From Desulfobaccales bacterium (GTDB lineage Bacteria > Desulfobacterota > Desulfobaccia > Desulfobaccales > 0-14-0-80-60-11): DNA of 59,576 bases. Numbering within the stretch: position 1 is the first letter of the stretch; the number at the start of each line of letters is the position of its first letter. A program made the position numbers and the translations under genes. Below the pieces are notes generated by a model that did not search any database, was not told the DNA's origin, and saw only the letters and a program-made list of their open reading frames with translations. Positions 28,151 through 38,681 of this stretch are shown here, piece after piece. Where the stretch lies: assembly GCA_052139855.1 (NCBI GenBank), contig JBKQVS010000178.1, forward strand, positions 1 through 59,576, given 5' to 3'.

Positions 28151-28240
28151 CCTTAGGGGGCCAAGAGAAAATTTTCCGGGCGAGGGATAACCGGCCGGGG
28201 AAGTCAAGTTTTTTTATATCGATCAACTCAGGAGGATTGC

Positions 28241-28753
28241 ATGTCTAAAGTAGCTGTAGGTCTCTTATTAGCCGCGGCTTTGGTTCTGACGCCGATGTGG
28301 GCGGCGGCCGCCGAATTCAAAGTCGGGATTGTGGACGGCATGGATGTGGTCTCCAAATCCGCGGATGGGAAACGGGTCCAGGACAGCATCAAACGTAAAT
28401 CCGAGGAACTGGGCAAGCCTTTCGCCCAGCGGCGGCAGGAACTGGGCAAGCAAGTCGAAGATTTCCAGAAGCAGGCAGGCGTGATGAAAGAAGATGCCCG
28501 CAAGACCAAGGCGGCAGAGCTGGAAAAGAAGATGCAGGACTTGCAAAAGCAGGGCTCAGACGCTGAAAAGCAACTGCAGCAGTTCCAGGAACAGCAACTG
28601 GCGCCATTGTTCCAGAAACTGGAGAGCGCCGTCAAGGGCGTGGCCCAGCAGGAGAAGCTGGATATGGTCCTGGACAAGCGGAATGCCGGGCTCCTCTACA
28701 TGGACCCCAAACTGGATATCACCGACAAGGTGCGCGGCAAGTTCGGCGGTTAA
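28241..28753 (+). CDS. skp: OmpH/Skp chaperone
   Basis: Signal peptide, KVGIVD, coiled-coil, LDITDKV. Confidence 0.9.
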   Translation: MSKVAVGLLLAAALVLTPMWAAAAEFKVGIVDGMDVVSKSADGKRVQDSIKRKSEELGKPFAQRRQELGKQVEDFQKQAGVMKEDARKTKAAELEKKMQDLQKQGSDAEKQLQQFQEQQLAPLFQKLESAVKGVAQQEKLDMVLDKRNAGLLYMDPKLDITDKVRGKFGG

Positions 28754-28760
28754 AGGCTGC

Positions 28761-29804
28761 ATGACACACACCCTGGGCGAGCTGGCGACCCTTCTGGGAG
28801 GCGAACTCCGAGGGCCTGCCGATCTTTCCATTGAGGGCATTGCCCCCATAGATCAAGCCACGCCTGGGGAAATCACCTTCATCACCCAGTCGCGGTTCGC
28901 CCGGCTGGTGGATCAGAGCCGCGCCGGCGCCTTTATCGTATCCCAGGAATACGCCGGGCTGGCGCGGCCCCTGATCATCGTGCCCCACCCCTATCTGGCC
29001 TATGCCCGGGTGGCGGCCCTCTTTGCCTGCCCCGTGCGCCGCTGGCCCGGTATCAGCGACCTGGCCTATCTGGGCCCGGAAGTGGCGCTGGGCCGGGAGA
29101 TCTCCATTGCCCCCCTGGTTTTTATCGGCACCGGCGTCCATCTGGGCGACCGGGTGACAATCATGCCCGGCTGCGTCATCAGCGATGAGGTCCGGATCGG
29201 CGCCGACACCCTGATTTATCCCAACGTCACCATCCTGGAGCGGTGCACGGTGGGAGAGCGGTGCATCATTCACAGCGGCACGGTGATCGGCTCCGACGGC
29301 TTCGGGTTCGTCCCTCAAGAGGCGGGCCACGTGAAGATCCCCCAGCTGGGGACGGTGGTTATCGAAGACGACGTGGAGATCGGCGCCAATTGCGCCATCG
29401 ACCGGGGAGCCCTGGGAGCCACCCGGGTGGGCCGGGGCGTCAAGATGGACAACCTGGTACACCTGGCCCATAATGTGGAAGTGGGAGAATATTCCTTCCT
29501 GGTGGCCCAGGTAGGAGTGTCCGGCTCCACCAAAGTGGGCAAAGGGGTGACCCTGGCGGGGCAGGTGGGGCTGGTCGGCCATATCGAACTGGGAGACGGC
29601 GTTCAGGTGGGCGCCAAATCCGGCGTGAACCGTTCCGTCCCCGCGGGCCAGACGGTGTCCGGCTACCCGGCGCGGCCGCACCGGGAATGGCTCCAGATCA
29701 TGGGCCATCTCCCCAAACTCCCTGACCTCTATCAAAGACTGAAACGACTGGAGCACACCGTGAATGAACTCTCCGCCAGACTGAAGCAGGAGCCGGAACC
29801 ATGA
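28761..29804 (+). CDS. lpxD: UDP-3-O-acylglucosamine N-acyltransferase
   Basis: Hexapeptide repeats, [27 protein letters not shown]. Confidence 0.95.
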   Translation: MTHTLGELATLLGGELRGPADLSIEGIAPIDQATPGEITFITQSRFARLVDQSRAGAFIVSQEYAGLARPLIIVPHPYLAYARVAALFACPVRRWPGISDLAYLGPEVALGREISIAPLVFIGTGVHLGDRVTIMPGCVISDEVRIGADTLIYPNVTILERCTVGERCIIHSGTVIGSDGFGFVPQEAGHVKIPQLGTVVIEDDVEIGANCAIDRGALGATRVGRGVKMDNLVHLAHNVEVGEYSFLVAQVGVSGSTKVGKGVTLAGQVGLVGHIELGDGVQVGAKSGVNRSVPAGQTVSGYPARPHREWLQIMGHLPKLPDLYQRLKRLEHTVNELSARLKQEPEP

Positions 29805-30256
29805 CCCCGCCACAGACCCTGAGTCTGGAAGAAATTCAGAAAATCCTCCCCCACCGTTATCCCTTTCTCCTGGTGGACCGCATCACCAGTTTGGAGAAGG
29901 GTAAGAGTGTGGTGGGGTTGAAAAATGTCAGCATTAACGAGCCCTTTTTCCAGGGGCATTTCCCCGGCCGCGCCATCATGCCCGGGGTCCTCATCGCCGA
30001 GGCCATGGCCCAGGTGGGGGGCATCCTGGCCCTCTTATCCATCCCGGAAAACCTGGGCAACCCCTCCCTTTTCCTCTTGGGCATAGATAAGATGCGTTTC
30101 CGCCAGCCGGTGGTCCCGGGAGATCAACTGCGCATCGAAGTGAAATCCGTGCGTGGTGGCAAGAAATTCTGGAAAATGAAGGCCCAGGCCTTTGTCGACC
30201 AGACCCTGGTGGCCGAAGGAGAGCTCATGGCCGCGGTGGGTCAAGGGGAGGAATGA
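29801..30256 (+). CDS. fabZ: 3-hydroxyacyl-ACP dehydratase
   Basis: [29 protein letters not shown]. Confidence 0.96.
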   Translation: MTPPQTLSLEEIQKILPHRYPFLLVDRITSLEKGKSVVGLKNVSINEPFFQGHFPGRAIMPGVLIAEAMAQVGGILALLSIPENLGNPSLFLLGIDKMRFRQPVVPGDQLRIEVKSVRGGKKFWKMKAQAFVDQTLVAEGELMAAVGQGEE

Positions 30257-31068
30257 GGATGGTCCAAATCCACCCCACCGCCCTGGTGGATAAAAGCGTC
30301 GAAATGGGTGATGGCGTAAGTGTGGGGCCTTACAGTATCATCCAGGGCCGGGTCGTGATCGGCCACGACACCCACATCGGCTCCCACGTGGTGATTAAGG
30401 ACTTCACCACCATCGGCAACAAGTGCGAGATTTTCCAGTTCGCGGTCATCGGCGAAGTACCCCAGGACTTGAAATTCCAGGGCGAGGAAACCCAACTGAT
30501 CATCGGCGACGGCAACATCATCCGGGAGTTTGCCACCCTCCACCGGGGCACCGCCGGCGGCGGCGGCGCCACCCGCATCGGCCACGGCAACCTGTTCATG
30601 GCCTATACCCACGTAGCCCACGACTGCCAGGTGGGCAACGGCGTCATCATGTCCAACGCCGCCACCCTGGGCGGTCACATCACCTTGGAAGACTATGCCA
30701 TTTTGGGAGGCCTCTCCGCGGTGCACCAGTTTTGCCATGTAGGCTGCCACGCCTTTGTGGGCGGGTGTTCGGCGGTGCATCGGGACGTCCCGCCGTACGC
30801 CATGGCCGTGGGTAACCGGGCCAAGCTGGTGGGGCTCAACCTGGTGGGCCTGAAACGGCATGGCTTTACGGACTCCTCCCTCCAGCCCTTGAAACGGGCC
30901 TACGAGCTTTTGTTCCTCTCGGAAATGAACCAGAAAGAGGCCATTACCAGGATCAACAACGAACTGCCCTTGACTCCCGAGGTCCAGCACCTCCTGACGT
31001 TTCTGGAGACTTCGGAACGGGGCCTGCTTCCAGCGGATGTCCGAGAACATCGGCTTAATCGCGGGTAA
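30253..31068 (+). CDS. lpxA: UDP-GlcNAc acyltransferase
   Basis: IHPTA, PQDLKF, IREF.T.HRGT, HVAHDC, VHQF. Confidence 0.96.
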   Translation: MRMVQIHPTALVDKSVEMGDGVSVGPYSIIQGRVVIGHDTHIGSHVVIKDFTTIGNKCEIFQFAVIGEVPQDLKFQGEETQLIIGDGNIIREFATLHRGTAGGGGATRIGHGNLFMAYTHVAHDCQVGNGVIMSNAATLGGHITLEDYAILGGLSAVHQFCHVGCHAFVGGCSAVHRDVPPYAMAVGNRAKLVGLNLVGLKRHGFTDSSLQPLKRAYELLFLSEMNQKEAITRINNELPLTPEVQHLLTFLETSERGLLPADVREHRLNRG

Positions 31069-31843
31069 GGGCCAGTTCCCTCTCCTGTTCGCCCAGGCGG
31101 CCCGGCAGCAGGGGACTGCGGTCATCGCGGTGGCCCACCGGGGGGAGACTGACCCGGCCCTGGCCTCCCTGGTGGCCGAACTCCATTGGATTCACGTGGG
31201 CCAACTGGGCAAAATCATCCGCATCTTCAAGGCCGCGGGGGTCCGGCAGGCGGTTATGGCCGGCGGGATCAGCCGGGGCCGCCTGTTCCGGGAGTTTCGC
31301 CCCGACTGGCGGGCCCTCAGCGTCATCCGCCGGGCCGGCGCCGGTCAGGACGACCGCCTTCTAAGGGCCGTAGCCGCCGAGATGGAGGCCGAAGGCATCA
31401 CCATCGCCCCCTCCACCCTCTTTATGGACGACCTCCTGGCCGCCCCCGGACCCCTCAGCCGCCGCCCTCCCAGTCCCGAGGAGCTGTCCGACATCAATCT
31501 GGGAGTGCAGGCGGCCAGGGAGCTGGGGCGTCTGGACATCGGCCAGTGCGCGGTGGTGCGGCGTCAGGTGGTGGTGGCCCTGGAGACCATCGAAGGTACC
31601 GATGCGACCATCCACCGGGGCGGGACTCTGGCAGGTCCGGGCGCCGTGGTGGTCAAGGTGAGCAAGCCCGGCCAGGACCTCCGGTTTGACGTGCCGGCGG
31701 TGGGCCTTACCACCATTGCCACTATGCGGGAGGTTAAGGCTGGGGTGCTGGCGGTGGAGGCCGGCATGACCCTGATCTTCGACCGCCCGGAGATGCTTAA
31801 GATTGCGGACCAGGCCGGGATTGCGGTCTGGGGTATCTCCTAG
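31037..31843 (+). CDS. lpxI: UDP-2,3-diacylglucosamine hydrolase LpxI (DUF1009)
   Basis: [42 protein letters not shown]. Confidence 0.92.
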   Translation: MSENIGLIAGKGQFPLLFAQAARQQGTAVIAVAHRGETDPALASLVAELHWIHVGQLGKIIRIFKAAGVRQAVMAGGISRGRLFREFRPDWRALSVIRRAGAGQDDRLLRAVAAEMEAEGITIAPSTLFMDDLLAAPGPLSRRPPSPEELSDINLGVQAARELGRLDIGQCAVVRRQVVVALETIEGTDATIHRGGTLAGPGAVVVKVSKPGQDLRFDVPAVGLTTIATMREVKAGVLAVEAGMTLIFDRPEMLKIADQAGIAVWGIS

Positions 31844-32022
31844 GACCGCTTTCCTCCTTAAATACATCAAAGTTAACATAAGTAACAACCAGTAGGGGCG
31901 GTACGCAAACCGCGCCGACAAAGCCACCGGATCATTTTAAGCCTCACTGCAAGCCCTCACCGGGCAAAATTGCGCTATAATCCGACACAAGGTGAATTGC
32001 CAATCTTAAAGGAGAAAGGTAC

Positions 32023-32703
32023 ATGACGCCTCATCATGGGGAGATTCTGTTCAGATTGCTCTTAGCCGCAATCCTCGGGGCTATGGTGGGATTCGAGCGG
32101 GAGGTGCACGGGCGGCCGGCCGGCATCAGGACCTATCTCATCTTGTGCCTCGGTTCGGCCTTGATCATGGTCCTGTCGGAATATCTCTCTTTCGGCATGG
32201 TGGATAAACTGCCGGCTGATTCCCTGCGGGTCGATCCCGGACGGATTGCGGCCCAGGCCGTCACCGGTATCGGTTTTTTAGGGGCCGGGGTGATCCTCAG
32301 GTATAAAGATACCATCAGGGGCCTGACCACGGCCGCCTGCGTCTGGGTGGTGTGCGCCATCGGGTTGGCCATTGGCGCAGGGTTTTATCTCTACGGCTCT
32401 GCGGTGGCGGGCCTGACGATCCTCTCGTTAGTGGGCATCAAGTTCTTTGAGCGGCGATTAAAAAAGGACTGGTACCAGGAAATGACCATCGTCTCCCAGG
32501 ATCTGGCCGGCCAGTTCAGCCATATCCAGGAAATTATCACCAAACATGCCTTTGAGGTGATCAATTTCGGTTTAAGCAAGGATCTAGACAAAAAGGAGGT
32601 AACCGCGAACTTTCTCCTGCGGATTCGGACGGCCCGGCCTGAGCGCCAGATGCTGCAAGAGGTTTTCGAACTTGCCGGGGTCAAACGGGTGGATTTGATC
32701 TGA
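32023..32703 (+). CDS. MgtC/SapB family membrane protein
   Basis: GFERE..GRPAGIRT, DPGRIAAQ..TGIGFLGAG, GLTTAA. Confidence 0.92.
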   Translation: MTPHHGEILFRLLLAAILGAMVGFEREVHGRPAGIRTYLILCLGSALIMVLSEYLSFGMVDKLPADSLRVDPGRIAAQAVTGIGFLGAGVILRYKDTIRGLTTAACVWVVCAIGLAIGAGFYLYGSAVAGLTILSLVGIKFFERRLKKDWYQEMTIVSQDLAGQFSHIQEIITKHAFEVINFGLSKDLDKKEVTANFLLRIRTARPERQMLQEVFELAGVKRVDLI

Positions 32704-33086
32704 TGCCGGGTTGAGAGCTCGGCACAAGCCTCCCTGGCAAGGTTCATTGCGCAAAGTTTGGCGCGGGGCGCTCGCCGGCGGCCCTCAGGACCTGAGAAAT
32801 CCTGACCCTGAGCCAAGAATTTATCACGCCGGAAAGTCTCGAGATGCAACTATGATGAATATATCCGGAGGTTCTTCATCTTGGAATTTTTCCCCGGGCC
32901 AAAAAAGAAAGATCTCGGCGCTCAAGGGGATTTCAACTTTGAGTTTTCTGTAAAAAATCAGGGAAATCTTCCCCAAAATTCAGGGTCGGCCCGATGGCGC
33001 CGGGGCGCGCCCTGATATATGAAAAAGAAGTAGGAAGGTAGTCGAATTCACCTTTACCCCTGCATCGGCTCAATGAGAGGTTAATT

Positions 33087-33281
33087 ATGCCGATCTACGA
33101 ATACCAATGTGTGGATTGTGGAAGCCAAGATCAGCGGGTGGCCGGACTTGATGATCACACGTCCCTGTGCACCCAGTGCGGGGGCTTGATGCTGCGCCTG
33201 GATGAGGATGTCTTCCAACCATACTTTGAGGGGATGGCTGAAGCGGCCTGGGCTGAGAGCAAGGCCAAAGCCTCCCTTTAA
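33087..33281 (+). CDS. FmdB-family zinc-ribbon protein
   Basis: MPIYEYQCVDCG...CTQCGG; GAGG SD. Confidence 0.85.
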   Translation: MPIYEYQCVDCGSQDQRVAGLDDHTSLCTQCGGLMLRLDEDVFQPYFEGMAEAAWAESKAKASL

Positions 33282-33304
33282 TGCGGTAGTAACGTACGGG
33301 TGGG

Positions 33305-33340
33305 AAAAAGCCCCGGGGGAAGGGGCTTTTTTTATTTTTT
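33305..33340 (+). terminator. Intrinsic terminator
   Basis: AAAAAGCCCC-GGGGGAA-GGGGCTTTTTTT. Confidence 0.8.
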
Positions 33341-33580
33341 TCTCTGGTCTCGATTTGCTCCCATAAACCGATTTTTTTCAGCTACCTGGCCACCATAGTC
33401 ATAAAATAGTTTGGGGGACTTCTCTGGCCGACTTTATCCCCATGGCGCCCACCGGACTGCAATGATGTAACTTGCCAAAACCGGAACTTATCAAAAAGGT
33501 CGGGAAATTAGAGCTATGACCGGCATAATGAACTGCGTTTTTTGGGGGGAATATGCTGGAGTTTAGCGGGGGAGGAAGCC

Positions 33581-33871
33581 TCAATCTTGGGGGGGCGCCG
33601 GTGGGGGAGTTTCGCGGTATTCCTGGATGAGGCGGGCGGGAAACTCGTGGGTGAGGCGGATCGTTAGCCGCTGATGCAGTTCCGAGGCTTCGTCCGGGGT
33701 GGAAGTCTCAAGCGCCAGATCCGGTTGGTTCCAGCGCCGGGGCAGATAGAAGAAATTGGCCTCAAAGACGGCGGTCTCAAAGAGATTCCCGTCCTTGCGG
33801 ATGGTAGACACCACGAATCGCCGCCGGGTGGGCCGGTTTTTTACTTTATTGAATAAGCCTTTTTCTGCCAT
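33581..33871 (-). CDS. Hypothetical protein (96 aa)
   Basis: Protein-like ORF 27 nt downstream of the carboxypeptidase gene, same strand. Confidence 0.65.
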   Translation of the reverse strand: MAEKGLFNKVKNRPTRRRFVVSTIRKDGNLFETAVFEANFFYLPRRWNQPDLALETSTPDEASELHQRLTIRLTHEFPARLIQEYRETPPPAPPQD

Positions 33872-33898
33872 GGGGTCGGAAACCTTTGCATCACGGGA

Positions 33899-34891
33899 CT
33901 ATTCCGGGATGCAGGTGGATTTTTGCTTGGCAGCCGATTTTTTCTTAGCCGGGGCCGACGCGGCGGAGCCTAGGACCACTTTGGCCCGCCGCTTGCGGCT
34001 GGATTTGGCGACCCGGGTCTTGCCGTTACCGCCCTTGGCAAAATAGAGTTTCTCCTCCGCCGGGGGCAGCTTGGCGATGGGGGTCCCGGCCAGTTCGAAG
34101 CCTTTTTCAATCAGCGGCCGCAGATCGGCCCACTTCTTGGTACTTCCCATCATGGCGATGATGATCTCCTGGTCGCCATTTTTAAACTCCCCCACGTAGG
34201 TGTGTTTGGCGGCCCGGGTGTAGCCGGTTTTGCCAGCCACCGCCAGGGGCGTGGTGAAGAGGAAGCGGTTGTGATTCCTTAGTTCCCGGTCGCCCTGGAT
34301 GGTGAAATATTTGGTGGACATAATCTTGGCCAGTTCCGGGTTGTTCATGGCGCGCCGAAACATCAGGGCCAGGTCCTGGGCGGTGGAATACTGATCCTCG
34401 GCCGGCAGGCCGTTGGCAGTGGCGCAGGTGGTGCGGTAAGCGCCCCACTGCCGCACTTCCTGGGTGAGCTGATGCGCAAAGGCCGGCTCGCTGCCGCTCA
34501 CCTTTTCCGCCAGGGCCCGGGCGGCGTCGTTGGCTGAGTTCAGCAGGAGGGCGTAGAGCAACTCCTGCACCGTGTAAGTCTCTCCCGGTTTGATGCCGAT
34601 TTTGGAGGCCGGCGCCGACGCGGCGTAAGGGCTGACGCTCACTTTGTCGTCCATCTTCAGGTGCTCGACCACCACCAGGGCGGTCATGACTTTGAGGGTG
34701 CTGGCCGGAGGCAAAAAGACCTGGGGGTTGAGGGAGAGCAAAATCTTGCCGGTTTTGGCATCCATAATGACAAATGAGCGGGCGGAGACTTCAAAGCCTT
34801 CCTCATCCTGACCTGCGGCAAATCCTGCTGCCACGGCCAAAATTACCAGGACCATAAAAAGTGAAAAGCCACATTTGACGCGAAAATTCAT
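33899..34891 (-). CDS. D-alanyl-D-alanine carboxypeptidase (peptidase S11)
   Basis: PASTLK (SxxK), SAN (SxN), NGL, KTG; basic C-terminal tail. Confidence 0.92.
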   Translation of the reverse strand: MNFRVKCGFSLFMVLVILAVAAGFAAGQDEEGFEVSARSFVIMDAKTGKILLSLNPQVFLPPASTLKVMTALVVVEHLKMDDKVSVSPYAASAPASKIGIKPGETYTVQELLYALLLNSANDAARALAEKVSGSEPAFAHQLTQEVRQWGAYRTTCATANGLPAEDQYSTAQDLALMFRRAMNNPELAKIMSTKYFTIQGDRELRNHNRFLFTTPLAVAGKTGYTRAAKHTYVGEFKNGDQEIIIAMMGSTKKWADLRPLIEKGFELAGTPIAKLPPAEEKLYFAKGGNGKTRVAKSSRKRRAKVVLGSAASAPAKKKSAAKQKSTCIPE

Positions 34892-35076
34892 GTCTTTCCT
34901 TATCTGCGCTCATGATTTTCAGACCCGACGGCCTCGGTAGCATATGCAGCCATATACTATAAAATAATTCCTTGCTTGGCAATTCAGAATAGCCGGGCGG
35001 GGACAGGAAAACCACCAGCAGAGTGAATTAACGAAGATGGTGTCGGGATGCCGCTTCCGGCGGGCGGGCGTTCAGA

Positions 35077-35121
35077 GGGCGCGTCTCACGCGCCAGGCTG
35101 GGGACGTAAGACGCTCCCTAC
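35077..35121. repeat. Paired GTAG-type REP
   Basis: GGGCGCGTCTCACGCGCC + GGGACGTAAGACGCTCCCTAC; relatives at 6676-6694 and 39628-39676. Confidence 0.7.
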
Positions 35122-35154
35122 AGAGGGAAATTACCTGGTGGGCGCAGCCTGGTA

Positions 35155-35493
35155 TTAGCCGGCCTTCTCCAATTGTTTCAAGTAGTCCGGCGGGGAGTAA
35201 TAACCGGGAAAGCGGTGCAGTTCTTTGCCATCGGCTCCGAAGACCAGGGTGGTGGGCGCCCCAGTGACGTTGAATTTCTTGACGATGTCCATGTGGCTGC
35301 GCCCGTCCAGGCGCACCGGGATAAACTTGGCATTTACCGCCTGAATAACTCCCGCATCGATATGGGTCTCGGTATGCAGGTGCGTGCAATGGGGGCACCC
35401 GTCCATATACAGTTCCAGCAAGACGCGGCGGTTTTCTTTTTTGGCCTCTTCCAGGGCCGAATCCCAGCTGTCGCGCCAGTTTATTTCTCCCAT
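35155..35493 (-). CDS. Thioredoxin-fold protein
   Basis: CPHC, PT cis-Pro motif, AAAGGAG SD. Confidence 0.85.
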   Translation of the reverse strand: MGEINWRDSWDSALEEAKKENRRVLLELYMDGCPHCTHLHTETHIDAGVIQAVNAKFIPVRLDGRSHMDIVKKFNVTGAPTTLVFGADGKELHRFPGYYSPPDYLKQLEKAG

Positions 35494-35767
35494 TATGCCA
35501 CTCCTTTCCCTCAGGGGATTTAACCGGATCTCCAGGTCGGCAATTGCCGGGCTCGAACTGCGGCGGATCTTTCAGTCCCCGCCGCCCGCATGACTTCTTA
35601 TTTAAGATAAGATGCGTCTCACCAAAGGCAAGGACTAAAGGCAAGGTTTGGCTATCTGGTGTCTTTTTTCCGGGGAGATGGTATGATGGTTGAGCCTGGC
35701 CGGGCGGTGTACGGCATGCCCTTGAGCGGCTCACGCCGGGGTTTGAACCCGCGCGACCTGCAACCTG

Positions 35768-36910
35768 ATGAGTGCCATGGTTTATCTGGTTATTCTCCTT
35801 CTGACGGCAGCCTGGTTCTACCAGTTCCTGGCCCTCATCTGCCTGGGGCGATTCTTCCGCCCCTCCGCCGAGGCTCCGCCGGTGGCGACCGGCCCCGGCA
35901 TCACCGTGTTCAAGCCCCTCAAGGGTCTGGAACCCCTCTCCCGGGAGTGCCTGACGAGCTTTCTGACTCAGGACTACCACCCCTACCAGGTGCTCTTTGG
36001 GGTGCGGGAGCCCGAAAACCCGGTGCTGGAACTCCTCCGGGAATTACGGCGGGTCCATCCCCGGTGCGATCTGGAAGTGGTCATCTGTCCGGAAGATCTG
36101 GGCCTCAACCCTAAGGTCAGCACCCTGCGCCAGCTTATGCCCCGGGCCCGGTATGACCTCCTGGTGATCGCCGACGGGGATGTGTCGGTGGGCCCCGATT
36201 ACCTGGCCCAGGTGGCCGCGGCCTTCCGGCAGCCAGGGGTGGGCCTGGTGAGCTGCCCTTACCGGGCCGGGTCCAGCCGCACTATGGGCTCCTTGTTAGA
36301 AGCCCTGACGATCGCCGGGGATTTTATCCCGTCGGTGGCCGTGGCCAACTATGTGGAGGGCATTCGCTTCGCCCTGGGGGCCACCATGGCCCTGACCCGG
36401 CAGGCCCTGGCCGCCATCGGCGGCCTGGCGCCTTTGGCCGATTTTTTGGCGGACGACTACCAGTTGGGCTTTCGGGTCACCGCTACGGGGCTCCGGGTCA
36501 AAATTCTCCCCTACGTGGTTTCGACCAACAATCCGGAGCTGAGTTTCAAGGATTACCTGGCCCACCAGCTCCGCTGGGCCCGCACCTACCGGGTCTGCCG
36601 CCCAGCGGGTTATCTGGCTTACGGCATCACCCACGCCCTGGTGTACAGCCTGATTATCCTGGTGGCCGCGGGCCTGGCCCCCTGGGCCTGGTGGCTGGGG
36701 GCGGCCACGTTGGCCCTCCGGGGGGCCCTGGCCGGGTTCTCGGAGCGCCGCTGCCTTAAGGGGGATCTGCCCCTGTGGGCCTTTGCCCTCCTGCCCGTGA
36801 AAGATCTGCTGGCCTTCGGCCTGTGGCTCGGGAGTTTCCTGGGGGACCGGGTTGCCTGGGGAGGGCGCTCGTTCCGGGTGACCCCGGAGGGTAAGCTGGC
36901 GCCCCAGTAA
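35768..36910 (+). CDS. hpnI: HpnI-like hopanoid/ceramide glycosyltransferase
   Basis: KPLKGLE, QDY, NPKV, ADGD, LADDY, HQLRWART. Confidence 0.85.
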   Translation: MSAMVYLVILLLTAAWFYQFLALICLGRFFRPSAEAPPVATGPGITVFKPLKGLEPLSRECLTSFLTQDYHPYQVLFGVREPENPVLELLRELRRVHPRCDLEVVICPEDLGLNPKVSTLRQLMPRARYDLLVIADGDVSVGPDYLAQVAAAFRQPGVGLVSCPYRAGSSRTMGSLLEALTIAGDFIPSVAVANYVEGIRFALGATMALTRQALAAIGGLAPLADFLADDYQLGFRVTATGLRVKILPYVVSTNNPELSFKDYLAHQLRWARTYRVCRPAGYLAYGITHALVYSLIILVAAGLAPWAWWLGAATLALRGALAGFSERRCLKGDLPLWAFALLPVKDLLAFGLWLGSFLGDRVAWGGRSFRVTPEGKLAPQ

Positions 36911-37017
36911 TTGAATCCTATGGAAGACGAGGGAGGCGCGGAGCGCACATCGTCCCCGCATCCAGGACGCCCCCCTAACATTTGACTTTCGCGCCGGTCT
37001 CGGTTAAGGAATGATCC

Positions 37018-37770
37018 ATGGACAGCAAAGTTCTGGAGCAGTTGCTGGAGGAGGTCCGGGCCGGGCGGGTGCCGGTGAGCGCGGCGGTGGAGCGCCTCCG
37101 GACCCTGCCGTTCGAAGACCTGGGGTTCGCCCGGGTGGACCATCACCGCCAGCTCCGCCAAGGTTTTCCCGAGGTGGTGTTCGCCGGGGGCAAAAGCCTG
37201 GAGCAGGTCCGGGGCATCCTCACGTCGCTGAGCGCCCGGGCCGACCACGTCCTGGTGACCCGCCTGGCCCCGGAAGCGGCAGCGGCGCTACAGCTTGACT
37301 TTCCCAACGCCCGCTATCACCCCGCGTCCCAGGCGTTGACCCTCAGCCGGGGCGAAGTCCCCGAACGGGGCCGGGGTCTGATCCTGGTGATTTCGGCCGG
37401 AACCTCGGATATTCCCGTGGCCGAAGAAGCCCTGGTCACCGCCCAAATCATGGGCCACCGGGCTGAAGCTCTTTATGACGTGGGGGTGGCCGGCCTGCAC
37501 CGTCTCCTGGCCCACCAGAAACTGCTGGTCCAGGCCACCTGCTTCATTGTGGTGGCGGGTATGGAAGGGGCACTGCCCAGCGTGGTGGCGGGATTGGTGG
37601 ACCGACCGGTGATCGCGGTGCCCACCAGCGTGGGCTACGGCGCTTCTTTCGGCGGCCTGGCGGCGCTGTTGGCCATGCTCAACTCCTGTGCCACCGGCCT
37701 AGCGGTGGTCAACATCGACAACGGTTTCGGGGCCGGGTACCTGGCGGCCCTGATGAACCGCAAAGATTGA
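37018..37770 (+). CDS. larB: Nickel pincer cofactor biosynthesis protein LarB
   Basis: DHHRQLRQGFPEVV, SAGTSDIPVAEEA, DVGVAGLHRL, AGMEGALPSV, NIDNGFGA. Confidence 0.95.
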   Translation: MDSKVLEQLLEEVRAGRVPVSAAVERLRTLPFEDLGFARVDHHRQLRQGFPEVVFAGGKSLEQVRGILTSLSARADHVLVTRLAPEAAAALQLDFPNARYHPASQALTLSRGEVPERGRGLILVISAGTSDIPVAEEALVTAQIMGHRAEALYDVGVAGLHRLLAHQKLLVQATCFIVVAGMEGALPSVVAGLVDRPVIAVPTSVGYGASFGGLAALLAMLNSCATGLAVVNIDNGFGAGYLAALMNRKD

Positions 37771-37852
37771 TTTTAGGCGCTCGTCCTGGCTACCTGGGGC
37801 GTGGTCAGGGTGGGCGCATAATCCCGGATAAAAGCATAAGGAGAACCAGCGA

Positions 37853-38584
37853 ATGTTACAGGTTCTGGTGGCAGTCACCTTAGGGCTCAGCCTCATGCTA
37901 TCAGGCTGCGCGGCGATGAAGGCGGCCCCATCCCAGGGCGCGGGCTTTGTGCCCGTGGAGCAGATGGCCCCGCGGGCAGACCTCCCTTTCCAGAAGGTCT
38001 GGTTCAAGAAAGACGTGGATTTCACGCGTTATAAGAGCATATATATCCCGCCGGTGCACACCGATCATCTCCTGGAGTCCAACTGGTGGCAGCAGAACTT
38101 CCGCCAGGGCCAGATGCGGGATGACTTGGCCACCATGGCGCACTATATGCAGCAGGAATTCAAAACCGCGTTCCGCAATGATCCTAACCACCGTTATCAG
38201 GTGGTGGATGGCCCGGAGAAAGATTGCCTGACCCTTGAACTGGCGCTGACGGAGCTGGTTCCCAGCAACGTGGCGCTCAGCGTGTTGGAATATGCCCCCT
38301 ATGGCGGCGGCACCGCGGTGAGGGTTATGGAAAGGGCTACGGGCGCGGAGAGCACGGTGGCCTTCGAGGCCAGGATGAAGGATTCGAGCAGCGGCGAAAC
38401 CCTGGCCATGTTTGCCGACCGGGAAGTGAAAAAAATCAGGATCGTTGATTTCAAGGCCTTCACCTGGTATGCCCACGGCAAGGACATCATCAAGGAGTGG
38501 GGCGAACAGTTCGTGAAGCTTGCGAATAAGCAGCCAGGAGAGGTCATCGAGGGTTCCAGCCCCTTCACCCTGATGCCCTGGTGA
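37853..38584 (+). CDS. Lipoprotein, DUF3313-like
   Basis: Lipobox LSGC, soluble alpha/beta body, AAGGAG SD. Confidence 0.65.
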   Translation: MLQVLVAVTLGLSLMLSGCAAMKAAPSQGAGFVPVEQMAPRADLPFQKVWFKKDVDFTRYKSIYIPPVHTDHLLESNWWQQNFRQGQMRDDLATMAHYMQQEFKTAFRNDPNHRYQVVDGPEKDCLTLELALTELVPSNVALSVLEYAPYGGGTAVRVMERATGAESTVAFEARMKDSSSGETLAMFADREVKKIRIVDFKAFTWYAHGKDIIKEWGEQFVKLANKQPGEVIEGSSPFTLMPW

Positions 38585-38681
38585 AGCAAGGAGGCGGCGG
38601 GCCAAACCTCGTGCGGCGGCCCAGGCTGCCGGGTTGACCGCGGTTTGGCAAAAATCTCTGACCTGGGAGGCCTCGGTTACC

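Noticed and set aside
32738-32753. Sigma54 promoter TGGCA..TTGC upstream of the FmdB gene
   Set aside because: GG-to-GC spacing is 11 rather than the required 10
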